Shown here: piece after piece, positions 37,201 through 43,069 of the stretch
Numbering within the stretch: the first letter of the stretch is position 1
How the letters are laid out: the number at the start of each line of letters is the position of its first letter
Assembly: GCA_900319235.1 (NCBI GenBank)
Contig: ONNR01000002.1
Span: 86,517 to 150,516, forward strand
DNA from: an uncultured Prevotellaceae bacterium
GTDB taxonomy: Bacteria > Bacteroidota > Bacteroidia > Bacteroidales > UBA3663
Length of the DNA stretch: 64,000 bases
Reading direction: 5' to 3'
Notes under the pieces: generated by a model
The model's input: the letters and a program-made list of their open reading frames with translations, nothing else
The model's database searches: none
Told to the model about the DNA's origin: nothing
Translations under genes and position numbers: made by a program

Positions 37201-37292
37201 ATGAAGGCATCGTAGGGATTGGCCACAATCAGCACGTTGCAGATGCGGCGCTGCATGAGTTCGGTGAAGTTGGTGTCTTGAAGTTGGAGCAC
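34227..37292 (-). CDS. Receiver-like domains fused to a PEP/pyruvate-binding (PPDK_N-type) dikinase-like protein
   Basis: 1021 aa from a GTG at 37292. An alternative ATG at 37256 gives MQRRICNVLIV. Receiver-like modules NVLIVANPYD and RMILVVEDNIRFYSS. ATP-grasp signatures GGKGRGLAFL and AARSSSLLEDS...FAGVYSTY. Confidence 0.8.
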   Translation of the reverse strand: MLQLQDTNFTELMQRRICNVLIVANPYDAFMLEDDGRVDEKIFAEYARLGLRFPPRFIKASSLDEAEQRIETNDIDLVIVMPSRTADAQEEDVFEIAKTIKLEHNNIPIVVLTPFSHGITARMQDIDLSLFEYVFCWLGNTELLLTIIKLLEDKMNLEHDVEAGVRMILVVEDNIRFYSSILPSLYQFVLKQSLEFATEALNASLETLRMRGRPKIVLARNFDEAWDLYSRFKDNTLGVISDCRFPLHPVQGANPTDDEKDARAGFRLLDTIRAEDPYMPLIMDSAESENLEEADRKGYYFIDKNSKKMDVDLRDIVHNAFGFGDLVFNIEDPTFPGQPEFNTQLHVHNLKDLQDNILSIPKESLMYHVMRNNVSRWLGSRALFPVSDFLKRITWGRLQDVEAHRQWIFEAIVAYRRMKNQGVVAVFQRGRFDQYSNFARIGDGSLGGKGRGLAFLDHLMSRHPDLQDFRTERFLSHVRFDEATQELQQQARVCIPKTVVLCTDVFDQFMDENQLYPLALSNAPDEEIFAAFLRGRMPQRLLGDLEAFLEVVKGPIAARSSSLLEDSHYQPFAGVYSTYMIPSSSDKYQRLAMLADAVKAVYASVFYQGSKDYMTATKNVIDQEKMAVILQEVVGQQHGTRFYPHISGVARSINYYPIDDEKAEEGTVSLAFGLGKYIVDGGTSLRVSPYHPANVLQMSEMEFALRDTQSTFLALDIPAVTESGDIPPLEFKPDDGFNLKKWPVRAADADGTLPPVCSTYDPMDQCIYDGYYEGRNRKIISFAGVLHNGLFPLPELMQKVLQYGQEEMRRPVEVEFAVDLTSSETGTFYLLQIRPMVDNNMKLDEDLTRIPDAECLLRSHAAIGHGIISDVQDIVYVKTSEGYSASQNPAIAEHIEQINRKLLADDRHCIYIGPGRWGSSDPWLGIPVKWPNISAARVIVEAGLDNFQVDPSQGTHFFQNLTSLGVSYLTINAFKGDGLFDEARLNALPAVEETDLVRHVRLDSPLTIKVDGIHREAVVML

Positions 37293-37515
37293 AGGGATAT
37301 TTAGGGATAATAAGGGATATTTGGGGATATTAAGGGATATTAGGGGACGTTACTTTCTGTTTAACTAGTGATAATAAGGGATATTTGGGGATATTAGGGG
37401 ACGTTACCTTGTTCCCGTTCGGTCACGTTCGAGAGAAGCACCTGTTGAGAATGGGACCCAAGAAGCAATCGTCCCTTAAATTCCCTAAGAATCCCTTAAA
37501 ATCCCTTAGTATCCT
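37293..37515. repeat. GGG-word inverted element, copy B (TAAGGGATAT-type arm ... ATCCCTTAAA-type arm)
   Basis: It fills the gap between the S9 peptidase stop and the PEP-binding gene start. Six G3-4 tracts with 6-7-nt AT spacers lie at 37293-37348, with a partial duplicate at 37371-37402. The C-rich inverted arm is 37471-37514. It is homologous to 60587-60768 in reverse orientation. Confidence 0.9.
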
Positions 37516-40355
37516 AATTCATAAGCTGCATCGACGGCGGGGACGCCTTCGGACATCCAGCGGGGTGCGGGAGCGTCCTTGAGATAATGGTCGAAGAACT
37601 GCTTCATGCGGATGCACCAGTCCTTGCGGTTGGCCATGCGGACGGGCCAGTGGGGTTCGCCGGTGTAGTTGAGGAGCCAGGCAGGCTTGCCGAGGCGCTT
37701 GAGGGCCACGAACATCTCGATGCCCTGGTACCACGGCACGTGTCCGTCCTGGTCGTTGTGCATGATGAGGATGGGGGTGTTGACCTTGTCCATGCGAAGC
37801 AGCGAACTGTTTTCGGCATAGATCTCGGGATGTTCCCACATCGTGGTGCCGAGGCGGCTCTGGGTATGTTCGTACTGGAAACTGCGTGCCAGACCGGAAC
37901 CCCAGCGGATGCCGCCGTAGGCGCTGAACATGTTGACCACGGGAGCGCCGCTCTCGATGGCTGCAAAGCGATTGGTGCGCGTGGCGAGGTAGGCGCTCTG
38001 ATAGCCACCCCAACTGTGTCCGCAGGTGCCGATGTGACGGCTATCGACGAAGCCCAGGCTCTCCACCTTGTCGAGGCCCGAAAGGATGCAGTCGTAGGCC
38101 GATTCGCCGGGATGACCGTCGGTGTAGCGGATGTCGGGCACGAAGATGAGATAGCCGTCGCTGGTGAAGGTGTGGAAGTCGCAGATCGAGCGCTGAGGCG
38201 CGGGCATGCGGTAGTCGAAGAGCGTCTCGCTGTTGCGCTCGTAGTAATAGACGATGAGCGGATACTTCCGGTTGGGGTCGAAGTTGGCAGGCTTGAAGAG
38301 AAGACCTTCGAGGGCGATGCCCTTGTAGCTGGTCCACTGGATGGGTTCGGCCGTGCCCCAGAGGAAAGGCTCCTGCTGGGCTTCGAGGTTGGTGAGTCGG
38401 ACGGTCTGACGGAAGGCGAAGTTCCGGGCATTGAGGTCGGTGCGACGCACGTCGGGATAATGTTCGAAGGTGCTTTCGGTCCAGAGGATGACGGGAGCAT
38501 CCTTGGCCTTGGTGGGCAGGGTGCCGAGCATAAAGTTGCCGCAGTGGAGGGCAAGGGGCCTGGCGGGACGCTGGAAGGTGGTGCTGAAGTAGCCCGTGCC
38601 TTTGGTCGTCTCGTCGAAGGTGCGCAGCATCTGTATTTCCTTGGGCTGGAGGCCATCGCGTTCCTTCTCCTCGTCGAGGCGCAGCAGACGGTACTGGCGC
38701 TTCTGCTCACGTCCGTCGAGCGTCAGTCGGGTGGGTGTGCCACCCTTGGCCGGAATGCTCCAGATGTCGTAGCGATCGTAGAGGAGCAGCGTCTCGTCGT
38801 CGTTGAGCCAGCCTGCTGCCCCATAAGGCTCGGGGTAGTCGGGGTGGTCGTCCTCCTCGTCCCAGCCGGCAAAGGTCTGTGGCGTGGTGATGCGCCGACG
38901 CAGGCCCGTAGCCAGTTCGATGGTGTACCAGCAACTGTCGGTGAGGTTGTATCCGTAGGCGTAGTGGCCCAAGGGGGAGATGCGGTAGGTGGTGTAGTCG
39001 GCCTCAGAGACTGTGCGACGTTCGCCCGTGGTGACATCGACGATGGCGTAGTCGCGACGCGTCATTCCCTCCCACATCGAACTGAGGGAGTAGGGCTTCG
39101 AGTTGGAGAGCAGACCGTAGCGGCCGTTGGCATCGTGGTCACCTGCAAGGCTAGGATAGAGGCTGTCGGCAAGCTGGACGATACGTCCGTCGGCAAGATG
39201 ACAGACGGCCATAAAGGTGCGCTTGCTTTCGCTGTCCTTCTGATAGGACTGCACGGTGTATTGCACAGGTTCGTCCCAACTCCAGATCTGCACATCGGGA
39301 CGGTCGCGCCTGAGGGTAAGGGTGTCGGCCTGACGGGGAGCAGCAGCTGTGCCGAAGAAGAGGCGGCTGCCGTCCTTCGAGAAGTTGAGCTTGCCGTTGG
39401 GACTCAGCACGAAGCCCTGGGGGAAGGCGTCGTTGATGCTGTCGGAGAGTTGGCGGACTTCGCCATTGGTGGTGGCCATCCAGAGCTGGCGACCTGTGCC
39501 CTTCGGCTGCTTCTTGTCGGTGGTCCCCCAGAGGAAGGCGAGCTTCGAACCGTCTTCGCTGAGGGTGATGCCTTCGGGCTTCTGTCCGATGCCTTCCTTG
39601 ACGAGGATGGCATCGGGGCAGGTTATCGCAGCACCCTTCTTCTTCACAATCGTTGTCGGCAGGGCGAGCATATAGAGGCGGCAGGTGTCGGGCTTGCCGG
39701 ACTGGAGCGTGGTGAAATAGAGCGTCTGACCTTTCTTCGAAAAACCGTAACTGTCAACGTGTTCGAACGTTTTTGCAACCGTGCTGTCGGCGATGAGGCG
39801 CACATAGAGCGTGCTGTCCTTGGCCTTGAGCTGATAGGCCAGCCAATCGGCCTGGTCGGCAATCTTGTAGTTGCGCAGCGAGTCGATGCGTTCGGCGGTA
39901 CGTGTTGCCAGATTATAGATGAAAAGCGTGTCGAGTGGGGTGTTCTTGTCCTTCTTCGCCTTGTCGTCGCCTGCATTCTGTTCCTTCAGGGCACGGGCAT
40001 TGCTCACGGCTTCGGTCTCGTGCGTCTTGACGAGAAGATATCTGGACGACTGGGTGAACGAGAAGCCATTGATGGGGAAGAAGGTCTCGATCTGCTGGCC
40101 CTGTGCATCGAAGAGCAGGGCGGTGGCATCGCCGGGATAATCCTTGACCTTGGCGGTCTTGTCGCCATCGCCGCGCCAGGGTTCGTGCACGATGAGGCTG
40201 TACTGGCCATCGTTGGTGATGGCACGGTGGGTGATGCGCTGCCACTCCATGATGTCGTCGATGGTGAGGGCACGCTTCTGGGCCGAAAGGGGCAGCACAG
40301 CGATGGACAACATCGCTGCGGCGAGGAGATAATTAAGAAATGCTTTTCGAATCAT
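37506..40355 (-). CDS. S9-family serine peptidase (prolyl oligopeptidase/DPP type) with N-terminal beta-propeller
   Basis: The ATG at 40355 gives signal peptide MIRKAFLNYLLAAAMLSIAVLPLSAQ. Nucleophile elbow GHSWGGYQS, with the late D and H region (HNDQDGHV, GEPHWP). Confidence 0.9.
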   Translation of the reverse strand: MIRKAFLNYLLAAAMLSIAVLPLSAQKRALTIDDIMEWQRITHRAITNDGQYSLIVHEPWRGDGDKTAKVKDYPGDATALLFDAQGQQIETFFPINGFSFTQSSRYLLVKTHETEAVSNARALKEQNAGDDKAKKDKNTPLDTLFIYNLATRTAERIDSLRNYKIADQADWLAYQLKAKDSTLYVRLIADSTVAKTFEHVDSYGFSKKGQTLYFTTLQSGKPDTCRLYMLALPTTIVKKKGAAITCPDAILVKEGIGQKPEGITLSEDGSKLAFLWGTTDKKQPKGTGRQLWMATTNGEVRQLSDSINDAFPQGFVLSPNGKLNFSKDGSRLFFGTAAAPRQADTLTLRRDRPDVQIWSWDEPVQYTVQSYQKDSESKRTFMAVCHLADGRIVQLADSLYPSLAGDHDANGRYGLLSNSKPYSLSSMWEGMTRRDYAIVDVTTGERRTVSEADYTTYRISPLGHYAYGYNLTDSCWYTIELATGLRRRITTPQTFAGWDEEDDHPDYPEPYGAAGWLNDDETLLLYDRYDIWSIPAKGGTPTRLTLDGREQKRQYRLLRLDEEKERDGLQPKEIQMLRTFDETTKGTGYFSTTFQRPARPLALHCGNFMLGTLPTKAKDAPVILWTESTFEHYPDVRRTDLNARNFAFRQTVRLTNLEAQQEPFLWGTAEPIQWTSYKGIALEGLLFKPANFDPNRKYPLIVYYYERNSETLFDYRMPAPQRSICDFHTFTSDGYLIFVPDIRYTDGHPGESAYDCILSGLDKVESLGFVDSRHIGTCGHSWGGYQSAYLATRTNRFAAIESGAPVVNMFSAYGGIRWGSGLARSFQYEHTQSRLGTTMWEHPEIYAENSSLLRMDKVNTPILIMHNDQDGHVPWYQGIEMFVALKRLGKPAWLLNYTGEPHWPVRMANRKDWCIRMKQFFDHYLKDAPAPRWMSEGVPAVDAAYELGY

Positions 40356-40376
40356 AGTTACCATTATATGTGGGTG

Positions 40377-40384
40377 CAAAGATA
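40377..40384 (-). promoter_or_regulatory. -7 promoter box (TATCTTTG)
   Basis: 21 nt upstream of the ATG at 40355. Confidence 0.5.
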
Positions 40385-40446
40385 ACGATTTTTGTGCAAA
40401 TGACAAAAAAAGCACGCGGAAATTTGCATTTTCTACGAAAAGTTCC

Positions 40447-40454
40447 TATCTTTG
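40447..40454 (+). promoter_or_regulatory. -7 promoter box (TATCTTTG)
   Basis: 20 nt upstream of the ATG at 40475. Confidence 0.55.
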
Positions 40455-40474
40455 CAGAAATTTATACGAACACT

Positions 40475-41332
40475 ATGGCAACAGAATACATTACACTCAG
40501 CCGTGCCGATGGAATGACAAAGAACAATACTCCATTTGCACAATTCAAGATTGCGAACGAGAAGGAGACCATCAACCTTGCCGTGTGGGACTGCAGCCCC
40601 AAGATGGGTCCGCAGGTGGGACAACTCGTGTACTTCATGAATATCCAGGACCGCAACGGCAAGAAGTCGGCCAATGCCAACGACATGCGTGTCGGGCAAC
40701 TTGCAGGTGAATCACATCCCTTGTACCATCTGATTCCAAGGCCCACGAAACGCTCGGACTGGGACACCTGCCTCGAGAATCTGCTCGGTTTCTGCAGTGA
40801 TGAGAAGTTGAAGTCCATCATCACCGAATGGGGCAGCAAACTCTACGACAAGTACGACAAATGGCCTGCCGCTTCGGGTATGCACCACGCTTTCCCCGGA
40901 GGTTTGGCAACGCATACCTATCAGATGCTCCATATGCTTGAAGGTCTTTATCCCTGCCTGCCTTATCCGATCAAGATCGAGCGCTGCATCCTTGCCATCC
41001 TCTTCCACGACTATGGCAAACTGCGCGAATACAACCAGGCTGGCGAGACGCAGGAGGATATGTACCTGCTGGGACATATCTACATCTCGGCCTACACCTT
41101 GCAGCATGTGCTTGAGAAGGCAGGCATCGAACAGGAGGAGGTGAAGTGCCTCATCCACTGCGTGCTGGCGCATCATGGCGAGAAGGAATTCGGTTCGCCC
41201 GTGGTTCCCTGCCTGCAGGAGGCTGTGGTCATCAATATGCTCGACAACCTTTCGGCCAAGACCGATAGCCTCGAAGGGACGGGCGAGAATGAGTATTGCC
41301 CCGCCCTCGGCACACATGCCATAAAGAAATAA
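40475..41332 (+). CDS. YhaM-like 3'-5' exoribonuclease (OB fold + HD domain)
   Basis: The ATG at 40475 follows the promoter box. OB-like N-terminus, then HD signatures HHAFPGGLATHT and LFHDYGK. Confidence 0.75.
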   Translation: MATEYITLSRADGMTKNNTPFAQFKIANEKETINLAVWDCSPKMGPQVGQLVYFMNIQDRNGKKSANANDMRVGQLAGESHPLYHLIPRPTKRSDWDTCLENLLGFCSDEKLKSIITEWGSKLYDKYDKWPAASGMHHAFPGGLATHTYQMLHMLEGLYPCLPYPIKIERCILAILFHDYGKLREYNQAGETQEDMYLLGHIYISAYTLQHVLEKAGIEQEEVKCLIHCVLAHHGEKEFGSPVVPCLQEAVVINMLDNLSAKTDSLEGTGENEYCPALGTHAIKK

Positions 41333-41369
41333 CGACCTTCTTCCCTGGTCCCTGTCACACACAAGATAA

Positions 41370-41395
41370 ACGGCTGCTCCATCTGGGGCAGCCGT
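41370..41395. terminator. Hairpin between convergent genes
   Basis: ACGGCTGC-N10-GCAGCCGT. The flanking T/A runs are weak. Confidence 0.45.
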
Positions 41396-41440
41396 CGTTA
41401 TATAAATGAGTAGTTTCTGAGTAGAGAAGAATTTAATTTT

Positions 41441-42778
41441 TTAGAATACGCCCTGTGCCATCATAGCTTTGGCGACTTTCATGAAGCCGGCCACGTTGGC
41501 ACCCTTGACGTAGTTGATGTAGCCATCGGGTTCCGTTCCATACTTCACGCAGTTAGCATGGATGGTCTCCATAATGGTGTGCAGACGGGCATCAACCTCC
41601 TCCTTGGTCCAAGAGAGACGCTCGGAGTTCTGTGACATCTCGAGGCCGGATACCGATACGCCACCGGCGTTGGCAGCCTTGCCTGGAGAGTAAAGGATCT
41701 TTGCCTGCTGGAAGACCTTGATGGCTTCGGGAGTAGAAGGCATGTTGGCACCCTCGGATACGGCGATGACACCGTTGGCTACGAGCGCCTTGGCAGCCTC
41801 CTCGTTGATCTCGTTCTGGGTAGCAGATGGCAGAGCGATGTCGGCCTTCTCAAACCATGGCTTCTTACCCTCGACATACTTGGCTGTTGGATACTGCTCA
41901 ACATACTCCTTGATACGGCCGCGCTGTACCTGCTTGAGGTCGAAGATGTAGTCGAGCTTCTCGCGATCGATTCCATCGGGATCGTAGATGTAACCATCGG
42001 AATCGGACATGGTGAGCACCTTGCCTCCCAACTGGAGAACCTTCTCGGCTGTGTACTGAGCTACGTTGCCTGCACCAGAGATGAGGACGGTCTTGCCCTT
42101 GAGCTCGAGACCACGGGTCTTCAGCATCTCGCAGAGGAAGTAAACGTTGCCGTAACCGGTTGCCTCAGGACGGATGAGAGAACCGCCGAACTCGAGACCC
42201 TTGCCGGTGAGCACGCCCTGGAACTGATGGGTATATTTCTTGTAAGCGCCGAACATGTAGCCTACCTCACGACCACCTACGCCGATGTCGCCTGCAGGAA
42301 CGTCGAGATCTGGACCGATGTGACGGGTGAGTTCAAGCATGAAAGCCTGGCAGAAACGCATCACCTCAGCGTTGGACTTGCCACGGGGAGAGAAATCAGA
42401 GCCACCCTTGGCACCACCCATAGGAAGGGTTGTGAGCGAGTTCTTGAAGGTCTGCTCGAAGGCAAGGAACTTCAGGATACCGAGGTTCACCGACTTGTGG
42501 AAACGAATACCACCCTTATAGGGGCCAATGGCGTTGTTGTGCTGCACGCGGTAACCCATGTTGGTCTGGATGTTGCCCTTGTCGTCCATCCAGGTGACGC
42601 GGAACTGATAGATGCGATCGGGGATGCAAAGACGCTCGATCAGGTTTACCTTGTCAAACTCGGGGTGCTTGTTGTAGGCCTCCTCGATGGTGGAAAGAAC
42701 TTCTTCGACTGCCTGATGGTACTCGGGCTCGTTAGGAAATCTGCGTTTCAGATCCTCAAGAACTTTTTTAGAATCCAT
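41441..42778 (-). CDS. gdhA: NAD(P)-specific glutamate dehydrogenase
   Basis: GPYKGGIRFH, the catalytic-Lys region PMGGAKGGSDF, and the dinucleotide fold GAGNVAQY. Confidence 0.97.
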   Translation of the reverse strand: MDSKKVLEDLKRRFPNEPEYHQAVEEVLSTIEEAYNKHPEFDKVNLIERLCIPDRIYQFRVTWMDDKGNIQTNMGYRVQHNNAIGPYKGGIRFHKSVNLGILKFLAFEQTFKNSLTTLPMGGAKGGSDFSPRGKSNAEVMRFCQAFMLELTRHIGPDLDVPAGDIGVGGREVGYMFGAYKKYTHQFQGVLTGKGLEFGGSLIRPEATGYGNVYFLCEMLKTRGLELKGKTVLISGAGNVAQYTAEKVLQLGGKVLTMSDSDGYIYDPDGIDREKLDYIFDLKQVQRGRIKEYVEQYPTAKYVEGKKPWFEKADIALPSATQNEINEEAAKALVANGVIAVSEGANMPSTPEAIKVFQQAKILYSPGKAANAGGVSVSGLEMSQNSERLSWTKEEVDARLHTIMETIHANCVKYGTEPDGYINYVKGANVAGFMKVAKAMMAQGVF

Positions 42779-42851
42779 AGACTTTGATAAATTTACAGTT
42801 TATAATACAATACCTTTAATAATTGAATTATCATTTTGCTTTTTTGCGGTG

Positions 42852-42859
42852 CAAAGATA
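42852..42859 (-). promoter_or_regulatory. -7 promoter box (TATCTTTG)
   Basis: 73 nt upstream of the gdhA ATG. Confidence 0.5.
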
Positions 42860-43013
42860 AAGCATATTTTTATTTGCTCCAAATTTTTCGCGCAAAAAAT
42901 CGCCTAAATGCCGAAAAAAGTTGATTTTTGTTCAAATAATCGCAAAAACGTGGCTTTTTGCAATCTTTAGTTGCTTCATTTCAGACGGAGAAAACTGCAT
43001 ATAATATGCAAAA

Positions 43014-43041
43014 ACCGCAACTCCGATGCGGGAGTTGCGGT
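43014..43041 (-). terminator. Intrinsic terminator of the CE8 gene
   Basis: ACCGCAACTCC-N6-GGAGTTGCGGT, with a T-run on the minus strand. Confidence 0.75.
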
Positions 43042-43069
43042 CGAAAAAGCGAATATTTATGCAATGGGC

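Noticed and set aside
37293-37350. TTAGGG/TAAGGG words resembling eukaryotic telomere repeats.
   Set aside because: The period is ~10 nt with AT spacers, not a 6-nt TTAGGG tandem. The element is intergenic in a bacterial operon context and has an inverted partner arm. The resemblance is coincidental.
37587-40385. A 932-aa ORF on the plus strand, antisense to the S9 peptidase. Similar very long antisense ORFs include 52665-54665, 42971-44665, 16980-18572, 25814-27337, 35862-37304, 62376-63839, 2748-4046, 10434-11672, 6004-7146 and 51395-52717.
   Set aside because: Each lies exactly opposite a gene with strong recognisable family motifs. Their translations are low-complexity and rich in Ala/Gly/Val/Arg/Leu/Asp/Glu, with no motifs, signal peptides or promoter boxes. 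Long stop-free antisense frames are expected when the sense genes avoid TTA, CTA and TCA codons in a GC-biased genome.
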